From a virus, in the IMG/VR virus record IMGVR_UViG_3300031159_000070, positions 64,001 to 128,000 of that record: 64,000 nt of DNA. One strand, 5' to 3'. The notes beneath the pieces were generated by a model. It had not been told where the DNA came from. It ran no database searches and saw only the letters and a list, made by a program, of their open reading frames with translations. Of this stretch, positions 55,111 to 64,000 are shown piece by piece (positions within the stretch are counted from its first letter, which is position 1; every line of letters begins with the position of its first letter). Both the position numbers and the translations under genes were made by a program.

Positions 55111-55638
55111 ATGGCCCAGCTAAACAATCTTCTTCGGTACTACGCCGTCTACCTCAACGGCGTTGGCTACATGGGCGAGGCTGAAGATGTCAAGCTGCCC
55201 GAGCTCAAGATCAAGCGCGAGGAGTTCCGCGGAGGTGGCATGGACATCCCCGTTGATGTCGACCTCGGCATGGAAAAACTCGAGACGGAGTTCAAGCTCT
55301 TCTCCTACGATCCCATGGTCTTCCGCCGTTTTGGTCTCCTCGGTCAGTTTGCGCGCACGCCGCTCACTTTCCGCGGCCACCTTGAGGGCCAGGACGGCGT
55401 GACTCAGGGCATCAAGATCAACATGGACGTCAGGTTGATGGAGAACGTGCCCGACAACTGGCAGGCTGGCGAGAAGGCTTCCGTGACGGTGCGCTGCGCG
55501 GTCGATTTCTATGAGTATATTCAGAACAATCGCGTGCTCATCAGGATCGATCCGCTTGGATTCCACCGCATCATCGATGGCGTCGATCAGCTGCTCGAGG
55601 CGCGCATCAATCTCGGCCTGCTGGCTGGCGCCAACTAA
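55111..55638 (+). CDS. major tail tube protein (P2 FII-like)
   Basis: LPELKIKREEFRGGGMD, LGMEKLE, IIDGVDQL. Confidence 0.95.
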   Translation: MAQLNNLLRYYAVYLNGVGYMGEAEDVKLPELKIKREEFRGGGMDIPVDVDLGMEKLETEFKLFSYDPMVFRRFGLLGQFARTPLTFRGHLEGQDGVTQGIKINMDVRLMENVPDNWQAGEKASVTVRCAVDFYEYIQNNRVLIRIDPLGFHRIIDGVDQLLEARINLGLLAGAN

Positions 55639-55738
55639 TCACCCCGCCTGATCCGTCGTTGGGCCGACGCCCATGAGTTCCGCGCCGGCCGGATCGGCTT
55701 TTCTCTCAACTCTCACCCCCAACTGACGAGCCCTTCCA

Positions 55739-56287
55739 ATGAACGATAAGCCGCAACGTGAATATGTTCTGACTGAAGCAGAGGCCAAGAGGCTTGGTCT
55801 GATTGCCGAGGATATGCAGCGTCCTCCGCAGCGCCGCGCCGCACAGGTCCAGGCCGCGCACGCCGTGCCGACACCGCATTCGGCCCGCGTGCTTCCCGGG
55901 ATCCCCGGCGGCGAGCCGGTCGCGGAGGAGACTGAGACGTCGCCGGCCGCGGTGGCGGCAGCAACGGGCGAGCCTGCACCTCATGAGAAGCGCATCAAGC
56001 TCGAGGTTCCGGTCACCGATCCGTCGGGTAAGGTGTGGACTGAGGTTGTCCTGCGCCGGCCGAAGTGGTCGAAGATGGAGGAGTATGCGGGGCATCGTCT
56101 TGTGACGTCCGGCAAGCTCACCACGAACTCGGCGATCATTGCCGCGTGTGCCGGCGTGCCGCTCGACTTCATGCTGGACCTTGACGGGTTCGACGGCATG
56201 CGGCTGTTGGGCGCGCTCACAGATTTTTTCCCACAGGACCTTCGGGACAAAATCCAGTCCACTACGTCAGCATCGGAGCAGACCTAG
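55739..56287 (+). CDS. tail assembly chaperone (gpE-like)
   Basis: VVLRRP...LDLDGFD...LTDFF after the tube gene. Confidence 0.85.
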   Translation: MNDKPQREYVLTEAEAKRLGLIAEDMQRPPQRRAAQVQAAHAVPTPHSARVLPGIPGGEPVAEETETSPAAVAAATGEPAPHEKRIKLEVPVTDPSGKVWTEVVLRRPKWSKMEEYAGHRLVTSGKLTTNSAIIAACAGVPLDFMLDLDGFDGMRLLGALTDFFPQDLRDKIQSTTSASEQT

Positions 56288-56454
56288 CGGACCGGTTCCG
56301 CTGGTCGCCTGACGTGTGGGAAGACTGGCCATGGGAGCGCCTCGTGCTGTGGCACGAGGAAGCTCTCCGGCGAGCCAAGCGCGAGCAGGATGAGATCGAG
56401 AAGTCGAAGCGCCAGTCACGTACAAAGGCGCCAGGGGTCAATCAGCCATTCTGA
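56224..56454 (+). CDS. -1 frameshift extension of the chaperone (gpE'-like)
   Basis: Slippery T TTT TTC at 56224-56230; open -1 frame encodes ADLADRFRWSPDVWEDWPWERLVLWHEEALRR. Confidence 0.8.
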   Translation, partial: FFPTGPSGQNPVHYVSIGADLADRFRWSPDVWEDWPWERLVLWHEEALRRAKREQDEIEKSKRQSRTKAPGVNQPF

Positions 56455-56946
56455 TCAGAGTGTCAGGTTGATTTCCTGCATCTTTCCGTTCTTGCCGTTG
56501 TGGACCCGGATGCTGATGATCTGCGCCGGCTCTGTTTCGGCTTTGCCGTTGGGTCGGCGCGGGCGCTTGTAGTGCTCGCTCACCCTCACGCCGTCTCTGC
56601 GCATGTAGGGAGCGACGTAGACCGTCTTCCCCTCATTGGTCGATCTGGTAGGCTGATCCGACGGCCGTGCCGGGTTGTCGGATACGGCAGTCAGGGTGAA
56701 GATCACACCGTTGGCGGTCTCTCGAGCGACGATGCGGTTGCTGGCGATGAGGTTCTGGAGATTGCGGAAGGCTGTGGTATAGCGCAGCCGTTCCATGTGC
56801 TCGGCGCTGACGAATGCACCGCGTTCTGTGACTGTGATGGTTGCCTCCGACATCCACGCAGCCGGGAAGCCGGCTTCGTGAAGTAGAGACATCACGTTGC
56901 GAGATGTGGTATAGGCGTGGCCAGCCTGGGCCATGGGGACCTCCAT
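56455..56946 (-). CDS. moron protein with a VAPYMRRDGVRVSEH motif
   Basis: Opposite-strand ORF between TAC and TMP. Confidence 0.65.
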   Translation of the reverse strand: MEVPMAQAGHAYTTSRNVMSLLHEAGFPAAWMSEATITVTERGAFVSAEHMERLRYTTAFRNLQNLIASNRIVARETANGVIFTLTAVSDNPARPSDQPTRSTNEGKTVYVAPYMRRDGVRVSEHYKRPRRPNGKAETEPAQIISIRVHNGKNGKMQEINLTL

Positions 56947-57043
56947 TGGCTTGGGTTAGGGCCTCGCGCGGTGGTAGGAGCACCCGCGAGGTCCGCTTGT
57001 CAGTTTAGCAGATTTGATCGTAAAACCAACGCCTTAATTGCTA

Positions 57044-57406
57044 CTAAAGCTTGCCGGTCAGATACTCCACTATTATGCCGATAGCTATAATCATTATGAG
57101 TGGTCCGAGAAAATTGTAGCGCCGTGGTTCTCTGGCGGACTGCTGTAAAGCGGCCTTTAAGGTGTGGTTATCTGCTAAGGCGCTGGGCTCAAGCGTGCTG
57201 CTTTCGTCTCTCGCTTCGTCAGAAGTCAGGAGTGGTGAATATTCTCCGCAAAGCTCGCTCTTATACACCTCTGGCCAGTAAGTATTACCATATCTGGTTA
57301 TCTGTGGCGGCAGACGCCGACAGATCCCATCACGCTCATCTCGCGCATCACGAACTGGCTTGAAGTATTGGCACGTGCCGCAACGAATATCGTTTTCCTC
57401 CGGCAT
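57044..57406 (-). CDS. Cys-rich protein with a C-terminal TM helix (moron)
   Basis: CGTCQYF...GICRRLPP...WPEV...CGEY; hydrophobic tail; low GC. Confidence 0.7.
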   Translation of the reverse strand: MPEENDIRCGTCQYFKPVRDARDERDGICRRLPPQITRYGNTYWPEVYKSELCGEYSPLLTSDEARDESSTLEPSALADNHTLKAALQQSAREPRRYNFLGPLIMIIAIGIIVEYLTGKL

Positions 57407-57430
57407 TGCTTAGTGCTCCCCGACACGTAA

Positions 57431-57943
57431 TCAGCGTCTGGTGACCCTTAGGCGTTTGAAAAGCCGTAGGCAAAAAGATTGTGCGTAGTAGTTGTTCTCG
57501 CAATAGTCCAAGGCTCCCTTGGCGGCGATTGGATCTACATGCTCAACTTTTGCGAAGTTGAGAATCATCGCTGAAGAAAAGCCAGAGTATTCAATTTTCT
57601 GAAGATCAGATGTTCTGATGCTGAGCCGTAATACGGGCTGCATTGATGATTTGTTATAACGATTACGAACAGACACCTTCATAATCCAAACTACGCGATC
57701 GGCAGATTTATCTCCTGTCTCCTTTATCCACTTCCCGAATCGGCGCAGATCGATGGCGCTTAAAGCGAATATGTCAGCGTCGGTGAATAGAGGGTCAGCT
57801 GATTTTGTTACTATTACAGTCTTTCCTGACCTCTCGACCGTGTAGTCGTCGCTTCCGAAGAATCCTTCTATGGATTCTTCTGCTTTAGGATGTGCGCTTG
57901 CAATTACGCAGGCCGCCAAGATGCCAGCGATGAGAGTTCGCAT
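57431..57943 (-). CDS. secreted/periplasmic protein (moron)
   Basis: Signal peptide MRTLIAGILAACVIASA; low GC. Confidence 0.7.
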   Translation of the reverse strand: MRTLIAGILAACVIASAHPKAEESIEGFFGSDDYTVERSGKTVIVTKSADPLFTDADIFALSAIDLRRFGKWIKETGDKSADRVVWIMKVSVRNRYNKSSMQPVLRLSIRTSDLQKIEYSGFSSAMILNFAKVEHVDPIAAKGALDYCENNYYAQSFCLRLFKRLRVTRR

Positions 57944-58065
57944 TGCTCAGTTCTCCCCTCATTTGCGAGAGTTGCAGCGAGAAAGTAGCAGCAGCTACTC
58001 GCACCATCCACGTGAACGAAAAAAGAACTCCAGCTCATCTACCAACACTGGACTAAACCTCACCC

Positions 58066-61000
58066 ATGGCCGCAATGGACGTCTCCGTGCAGCTCCGGCT
58101 GCTCGATCAGATGAGCGCGCCCGCTCGCCGTGCGGCCGAAGCGTTGCGCAATATCGAGCGCCGCGCGCGAGCGCTTGGTCCGGCGGCACGTGGCGCTCTT
58201 CAGATGGCACATGCCTACGATCGTCTCGCTCTCAGTGCGCAGCGTGCGCAGGCGAAGATTGGTGCGCTGCGCGGCAAAGCGCTTGGTGTTGCTCTCGGTG
58301 CTTTCGGTTTGTCACTGCCGCTGAGAGTCGGGGCTGACTTCGAAAAGTCGCTGGTGCGGTTCGGCCAAGTCGCTGGCTGGACCGCCGAGAACATGCAGCA
58401 GAACATCCTGGCTCTTTCCCAAGAGCTGACAACGATGGCGCGAGCGACGCGCCAAAGCTCCTCCGACTTGCTGCAAGGCATGACCACCATCGTCAACCTC
58501 GGCGTCGAGGCTGACGTCGCGCGCGTGGCGATGCTTGGTATCGGCCGCGCGGCAACTGCGAGCGGTGCTTCCGTCGACGAACTCGCACGCACCTGGCATG
58601 CGGCCAGCATTCACCTTGGCCTCAGCGCGGAAGCTGCTGAGCGCGCCATGAACGTACTGCATCAGGCCGGCAAGAAGGGTGGCTTTGAGCTCACCGACAT
58701 GGCGCGGTTCTTCCCGTCGTTCCTGGCCAACGTCGGCGTGCTTTATGCGGACTTCATCAAGCGCTCTACCGCCGGCATGACACCGGAGGAGGCCAAACGC
58801 TGGAGAGATGAGTTTGCGCTGCGAAAGCTGACTGAGATTGCGAGTTGGGCACAGGTTGTCCGACTTGGTGCCGCTGATGCCGAAACAGCTGGCACCAACC
58901 TGCAGAACATCTTCCAGAAGAACCTCATTCCGGAGACGTCGAAAAACTTCTCAAAGGCCCTCGGCATCGATCTGCGCAAAGCGATGTGGAACGTCGTCAA
59001 CCAAGGCGGCGATCCGATTCTGTTCGTCGCCGAGCGCATTGCCGATCTCGTCGAAAAGAACAAAGGCAACCCGCTGTTCCTTGGCGAGCTGTTTGCCGAC
59101 AAGCAGGCGATGGAAGGCTACCTGCCTATCATCCGCAAGGTGATGCACGAGCGCGGCCAACTCAGGGAGTTCATGAAGCAGGTTTATGCCGCGCGTGATG
59201 AGGGCATTATCAGCAAGGACTTTGCGACAGCGGTTAACACGGTCTCTTTTGCCTTCAAGTTCTTTACCGACGCGCTGAGCGAGCTCTACAAGGCGCTCAC
59301 GCTGCTTGGCCTCGGCTCGCCACTGCGGTCGTTCTTCGAGTTCCTCGGGGATCGGATCTACGATCTCGTCCAGTTGATGCAGAGGAACAAGGAGCTCGCA
59401 GGCTGGCTGATTCGCATCGGCTCCGGAATCATGACGGCCATGGGGGCGCTCGTACTGCTGCGCTTCGTAATAGCAGCGCTCGAGTTTGCATTCGCTCGCG
59501 CCGGCATGGGAGCAATTACACTTGCCCGTGCGATCCCCGGTGCAGCAACTGCAATCGGTCTTTTTGGAGCTGCTGCAGGTAGACTGCTGCGTCTGGGTCT
59601 GATTGGTGGCGCGGTGGGCGGTCTCGGCTTCCTGGCCTGGCAGCACTGGGATCAGCTCAGACCACACATGGAGTCTGTCGGGACTTGGTTCCTCGGCTTC
59701 ATCAGCCGTCTGTCCACGATGTTTCCGGAGACGTTCGGCTGGTTCACGGACACCGCGCTGCCGGCGATCACCGAGTGGTTCCAGACGAACTTCCCAACCC
59801 TTGCCACTTTCTTCTGGACGCTGGTCGATGCAGGTAAGCAGCTTTGGGAAGCCTTGAAATGGCTGTTCACCGGTATCGGTGATGCCAATGCGTTCGAAAT
59901 TTTCAAGTCGAGTGTCGCTTCGCTTGGTGAGCTGCTGGGTGATCTGTTTCCGAGGCTTGAGGCTATCAGGGAGTTCTTCTCTCAACTTTGGGATGATCTC
60001 GGTTCCGATAGCTTGTTCACGCGTGTCGGCGCCTGGATGAAAGCTCTCGGCCTTGGTTTTCTTGCCAGCTCCGCAGGTATGATTCTGGCACGGGGACCTG
60101 CCGGCCTGCTGATGTCGCTGATGGCCCTGCGTACGATAATGTTCGTAGCCGGCATTCTGATCGGCCTCTTCAGCATGCTGGCGTCGATCGTGACGACATT
60201 TCTGACGCCATTCATCGAGTCGTTCTTCGATTCCGATCTATGGAAAACGCGCATGGCGGGACCAGTTGCCGGGTTCTTTGGCAGCATCTTCGCGGTCATC
60301 GGCCTGCTGATTCTGTTCAGAGAGCATTGGGAGGCGGTCAAGGCAAGCCTTTCCGGATTCGTGGAGGGGGTGCAGTCGATAGTAGGTCCGGCATTCCAAG
60401 TCTTGCAGGAAGCCTGGACCGACCTCATGCGCACCCTGTTCGGCGAGGGTGAGGTCAATTACACCGAACAGGATCTTCAAGACATTCTATCGTTCTGGCG
60501 CAATATCGGCAGGATTGTCGGCGCAATTCCAGCATATGCTTTCCGCGGCTTGGCTTGGGCTATTCGCGAGCTCACTGCTGCGCTGAAGGAATTTCGCGAT
60601 CTGGTCGGTCAGGAGCGGTTCGACGCCATTGTGAAATGGGGATCGATCATCGCTGGCGCACTTGTCTCCTGGCTTGCGCTGCGAGGCGCCATCAAGGCTG
60701 TCGGCACTGCCTTGGTGTGGGTGCTGTCGAAGCTCAACCCCTTCAAATGGGGCGGCGGCGGGATCCTCGGACGTATCACTGGTTTCGCAATGGGCGCTCT
60801 CGGCAGTACGGCGGCCGGGAAAATCATCGAGGCGTTGAGGACTGGTACGCTTGCAAAATGGGCACCCAGATTGCTTCGTTTTGTAGGCGGTCCCGTCGGA
60901 TTCTTTTTGCTGCTCTTTACGGTTATTGGCGCCGTCATCGACCACCTGGATGAACTCAAAGCAAAGCTAGATGAGATTTCCAACTGGGGTAAGGATACTT

Positions 61001-61386
61001 GGATCGGCAAGCTGTTCAGCTTGATGGGCGACAACATTGAGCGAGATTCGACAATTGCTCGAATTTTGGGTCTCTGGCTGAAATCGAAGATGCAGCCGGC
61101 GCCGGCCGATTCAAACCTGCAGCCACAGTCAGGTGTCGAGAGTCCCTTCGGTCATTGGGCGCAAATGGCAAGCCAGCTCAACACCGGTATCGAAGCTGCC
61201 GGCCGGCAGGCCGCGACTGAGATCCAGAGCAGCGGCAGCCTCATCAGGTCGGCCGTCGAGCAACTGGCCGCGGCCATCCGCTCGTCCGCTGCGAGCGTAG
61301 CCCACGCCGCGCATGTGCCGGGGGGATCGCTGTCCAATCGCGCCGAAGGTCAGCTGGCCGACGCGCCATACTCGTCATATCCCTGA
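58066..61386 (+). CDS. tail tape measure protein
   Basis: 1106 aa; VQLRLLDQMSAP, AGKKGGFELTDMARFFP core; Trp/Phe-periodic helical region. Confidence 0.95.
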   Translation: MAAMDVSVQLRLLDQMSAPARRAAEALRNIERRARALGPAARGALQMAHAYDRLALSAQRAQAKIGALRGKALGVALGAFGLSLPLRVGADFEKSLVRFGQVAGWTAENMQQNILALSQELTTMARATRQSSSDLLQGMTTIVNLGVEADVARVAMLGIGRAATASGASVDELARTWHAASIHLGLSAEAAERAMNVLHQAGKKGGFELTDMARFFPSFLANVGVLYADFIKRSTAGMTPEEAKRWRDEFALRKLTEIASWAQVVRLGAADAETAGTNLQNIFQKNLIPETSKNFSKALGIDLRKAMWNVVNQGGDPILFVAERIADLVEKNKGNPLFLGELFADKQAMEGYLPIIRKVMHERGQLREFMKQVYAARDEGIISKDFATAVNTVSFAFKFFTDALSELYKALTLLGLGSPLRSFFEFLGDRIYDLVQLMQRNKELAGWLIRIGSGIMTAMGALVLLRFVIAALEFAFARAGMGAITLARAIPGAATAIGLFGAAAGRLLRLGLIGGAVGGLGFLAWQHWDQLRPHMESVGTWFLGFISRLSTMFPETFGWFTDTALPAITEWFQTNFPTLATFFWTLVDAGKQLWEALKWLFTGIGDANAFEIFKSSVASLGELLGDLFPRLEAIREFFSQLWDDLGSDSLFTRVGAWMKALGLGFLASSAGMILARGPAGLLMSLMALRTIMFVAGILIGLFSMLASIVTTFLTPFIESFFDSDLWKTRMAGPVAGFFGSIFAVIGLLILFREHWEAVKASLSGFVEGVQSIVGPAFQVLQEAWTDLMRTLFGEGEVNYTEQDLQDILSFWRNIGRIVGAIPAYAFRGLAWAIRELTAALKEFRDLVGQERFDAIVKWGSIIAGALVSWLALRGAIKAVGTALVWVLSKLNPFKWGGGGILGRITGFAMGALGSTAAGKIIEALRTGTLAKWAPRLLRFVGGPVGFFLLLFTVIGAVIDHLDELKAKLDEISNWGKDTWIGKLFSLMGDNIERDSTIARILGLWLKSKMQPAPADSNLQPQSGVESPFGHWAQMASQLNTGIEAAGRQAATEIQSSGSLIRSAVEQLAAAIRSSAASVAHAAHVPGGSLSNRAEGQLADAPYSSYP

Positions 61387-61395
61387 GGCCCATCG

Positions 61396-61953
61396 ATGAT
61401 CCTTGCTGCTTTGGGACCGGCTTTCGAGCCGGTCATCAAGGACGCGCTCTCGCGCTTGCATCGCTTGCCGGTCGTGTATGATCCGGAAAACATTCCCGAT
61501 CTGTCCGAAGTACGCTCGCCCGTCGAGACGCTCGCCGAACAACCGGTCAAGCTCAACGAGACTTATGGTCGTGCATACGTCTTCGCGATGAACGACCTTC
61601 CGCAGACGATGCTCGATCGCAACTTCGAGTATCGCTGGGACCCGGCCAACCGTCTCGGCCGCCGGCCGGCGATGCAGTTCCTCGGGCCGGGCGAGGAGAC
61701 CGTATCAATCAAGGGCATCATCTACCCGCCGCACTTCGGCTCATTCAGCATGCTGCAGTCGATGCGCGCGGAAGCCATGGCCGGCACGCCACGCCCCTTC
61801 GTGACGCAGTACGGCGAATATCACGGCATCTGGTGCATCAAGGCGATCCGCGACAACCAGGGCCCCTATTGGCCAGACGGATATCCACGCAAAGTCGAGT
61901 TCACCATCGAGCTGACCCACTACGGGCCTGACGGCTTCAGCCTCGGATTCTAG
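61396..61953 (+). CDS. tail protein gpU
   Basis: YRW...RLGRRPAMQFLGPGEETVSIKGIIYP...PRKVEFTIEL. Confidence 0.9.
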   Translation: MILAALGPAFEPVIKDALSRLHRLPVVYDPENIPDLSEVRSPVETLAEQPVKLNETYGRAYVFAMNDLPQTMLDRNFEYRWDPANRLGRRPAMQFLGPGEETVSIKGIIYPPHFGSFSMLQSMRAEAMAGTPRPFVTQYGEYHGIWCIKAIRDNQGPYWPDGYPRKVEFTIELTHYGPDGFSLGF

Positions 61954-61966
61954 CGAGACTTTAGAA

Positions 61967-62191
61967 ATGGCTTATCGCCTCTACCAGACCAAAGACGGCG
62001 ACATGATCGATCTGATCGCCTGGCAGCACTACGGCAAGTCGAGCGGCTTTGTCGAAAAGATGCTGGAGGTCAACCGCGGCGATCGCGCGCACGCCCTGTC
62101 GAGCAAGCCGCTGGTTCTCCCGAGAGGCCTCAACATCCTGCTGCCGGAAGCAACCGAGGAACCGCGTCGCATCATCAGCCTCTACGACTGA
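61967..62191 (+). CDS. tail protein X (LysM-like)
   Basis: TKDGDMIDLIAWQHYG...LPRGLNILLP...ISLYD. Confidence 0.92.
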   Translation: MAYRLYQTKDGDMIDLIAWQHYGKSSGFVEKMLEVNRGDRAHALSSKPLVLPRGLNILLPEATEEPRRIISLYD

Positions 62192-62209
62192 TCGCAAGGT
62201 CGCTCAGCG

Positions 62210-63319
62210 ATGCGCCCGATGGTCAGCATCTCTGGTCTATCGGCCAATGCCAATGACAGGATCATCGCCGTTGAGGTGCGAGACGAGGAAGGCCGCCAGT
62301 CCGATTCTGTCGACATCACGCTTGATGATCGCGACCAGGCAATCGGCCTACCGAGCGAGGGGCAAACGATAAGCGTCTCGATCGGCTACGTCGAAACCGG
62401 CCTCGTCTTCATGGGCTCGTACAAGATCGACAGCGTCAAGGCGAGCGCTCCGCCTTACGAAATCAAGGTCTCCGCCAAAAGCATCGACCTTCTGAAGAAG
62501 GGCAAGCATAAGCAGTACAAGGCTTACGAGAACAAGAAGCTCGGCGAGATCATTCAGGACCAGGCCAAGATCATCGGCGCCCAGGCGGTGATTTCGCCTG
62601 GGCTCGCCAATGAGCTTGTCGAATACATCGCGATGCAGGACGAGTCGGCGCTGCATTTCGTGACTCGTCTCGCCGATATGTATGATGCCAACGCCAACGT
62701 GAAGGACGGCCGGCTTGTTTTCACGGAGCGTGGCACGCTGACGTCTGGCTCGGGCTTGTCGCTCGGCACTGTCACGGTTCTCGGCCCCAACGGTGGCGGC
62801 ATCACCGGATTCGGTATGCTGCCGGGGAATGTGATCGATTTCGACTGTGATATCGTCACGCGCCCGCAGGTCAAGCAGGGCGTCAAAAAGGGCTGGGACA
62901 AGGACAAGGCCGAAGAGTGGAGAGAGTCCGTGCTGTCTTTGATCGGCCCGGAAGCCGAGCAGACGGCGCGCTATCAGACCGCCGAGCGTGCCCGCGCCAA
63001 GCGTGAAGCGCAGGGAAAAGCGCGATCCCTGAAGCGCAACAAAGGGCAACTCTCACTCACGGTCGTCGGTGATCCGACAATTCGCGCTGAGTCGCCGCTC
63101 CTCGTTCAGGGCCTACGTGCTGGTGTTGACGGCATGTGGCGCGTGAAATCCGCCACGCACACGTTCTCCGGCGGCGCCGCCTACGTCACGAAGATCGAAG
63201 CGGAAAAGCCAAACTCCGGCGGCTCCTCTTCAGGTGGTGCCGGCGGTGGTTCTGGCGGCGGCTCCAGTGGCGGCATGAGCGGCGCGACTTCGGGACCCCT
63301 TTCTCTGTTGGACGAATAG
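62210..63319 (+). CDS. baseplate hub/late control D protein
   Basis: DEEGRQSD...LDD, IGY.ETGL..MG, QDESALHFVTRLA, GDPTIRAE. Confidence 0.92.
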   Translation: MRPMVSISGLSANANDRIIAVEVRDEEGRQSDSVDITLDDRDQAIGLPSEGQTISVSIGYVETGLVFMGSYKIDSVKASAPPYEIKVSAKSIDLLKKGKHKQYKAYENKKLGEIIQDQAKIIGAQAVISPGLANELVEYIAMQDESALHFVTRLADMYDANANVKDGRLVFTERGTLTSGSGLSLGTVTVLGPNGGGITGFGMLPGNVIDFDCDIVTRPQVKQGVKKGWDKDKAEEWRESVLSLIGPEAEQTARYQTAERARAKREAQGKARSLKRNKGQLSLTVVGDPTIRAESPLLVQGLRAGVDGMWRVKSATHTFSGGAAYVTKIEAEKPNSGGSSSGGAGGGSGGGSSGGMSGATSGPLSLLDE

Positions 63320-63330
63320 GAGCCCATCCC

Positions 63331-63564
63331 ATGAAGAGACTGGCCAATTTCGCAGGCGTGCTTGCGCTTTTCTTCTCTGGCTATCTGACCATCGGCGCGC
63401 TGTTCCATTGGCTGCTGTTTGGCCCATTCGTCGATTGGTCGTATCTGCCGAGCATCGTCATCCTGCTCGCGTGGCCCGTCATCTTCATCGCTGCTGGCAT
63501 CATCTACGGCGCGCTCGAGAAAATCGTGCAGGTTGCGCGCCACACCACCAAGCCAAACGCCTGA
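63331..63564 (+). CDS. small two-TM membrane protein (possible holin)
   Basis: 77 aa, two hydrophobic helices, directly before the endolysin. Confidence 0.55.
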   Translation: MKRLANFAGVLALFFSGYLTIGALFHWLLFGPFVDWSYLPSIVILLAWPVIFIAAGIIYGALEKIVQVARHTTKPNA

Positions 63565-63589
63565 CGTTCCTCTAACCCCAGGCTGATCC

Positions 63590-64000
63590 ATGACTTTCTA
63601 TCCGACAGAGGCGGAGCTCCGCCTCTATTGCCCGAACGCGCCCAAAGCGTGGATCGAGACTTTCGCACGCCTCGCGCCGGTTCTTTGTCAGCACTATGAG
63701 TTCAATCGCCTGCGCTGGATCCACTTTGCCGCGCAATGGGGTTTTGAAAGCGGCGGGCTCACGATCATTCGTGAGAACATGACCTTTACCACTGTCAAGC
63801 GGATCAAGGAGGTCTACAGCTATCGGCTGAGCCTGTGCATCCAGAAGGTCAACAGCGGCCAGGAAACAGAGCCGAAGATCGCCAAGGGTTCGACGGTCAC
63901 CAAGCTCGCACAGGCATGCGTGCGCAATCCAACGCTGCTCGCTGATATCGTCTATGGCGGGCGCGAGGGAACGCCGTGGATGCAGGGCTCTCGTTACATC
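63590..64000 (+). CDS. GH19-family endolysin (runs off window end)
   Basis: Hand translation ...HFAAQWGFESGGLTIIREN...NPTLLADIVYGGREG...GSRYI. Confidence 0.8.
   Translation, partial: MTFYPTEAELRLYCPNAPKAWIETFARLAPVLCQHYEFNRLRWIHFAAQWGFESGGLTIIRENMTFTTVKRIKEVYSYRLSLCIQKVNSGQETEPKIAKGSTVTKLAQACVRNPTLLADIVYGGREGTPWMQGSRYI

Larger units (their letters stand above)
1..64000. mobile_element. Myovirus-type phage/prophage genome segment (P2/Mu-like contractile tail)
   Basis: Ordered terS, terL, portal, MuF, scaffold, capsid, neck, gpV/W/J/I baseplate, sheath, tube, TAC, TMP, gpU/X/D and endolysin. No host housekeeping genes; ends not seen. Confidence 0.97.

Overview
The whole window is a GC-rich tailed-phage (or prophage) genome segment with a contractile P2/Mu-like tail. 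An alpha-r8/MmgR-like sRNA points to an alphaproteobacterial (Hyphomicrobiales-like) host. No integrase, replication genes or host genes are visible. Layout: (1) 1-11 kb, mostly leftward early/accessory genes (DUF932/DUF945, two ParB-domain genes, DUF6011, small basic proteins, an MTase-like gene, DUF5131, XRE HTH) with repeated sigma70 promoters; (2) 11-15.4 kb, terS-terL-HNH-portal; (3) 15.4-29 kb, four related putative head-cargo proteins plus a 2130-aa MuF polyvalent protein (ART-like, winged-HTH and zincin domains) containing a nested out-of-frame gene; (4) 29.9-35.7 kb, fibre/decoration genes including a 1433-aa protein with a 20-aa repeat; (5) 35.7-40.2 kb, an accessory island (Tat-signal protein, scaffold-tail mimic, GG-terminated protein and Cys partner, atypical tRNA-Met, MmgR-like sRNA, orphan HicA-like gene); (6) 40.4-64 kb, scaffold, capsid, neck, baseplate, fibres, sheath, tube, frameshifted chaperone, morons, tape measure, gpU/X/D and the start of a GH19 endolysin. 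Seven hairpins with an identical GCGAT loop cluster at the terS and scaffold leaders. All family assignments come from recognising motifs by eye; no database searches were run.
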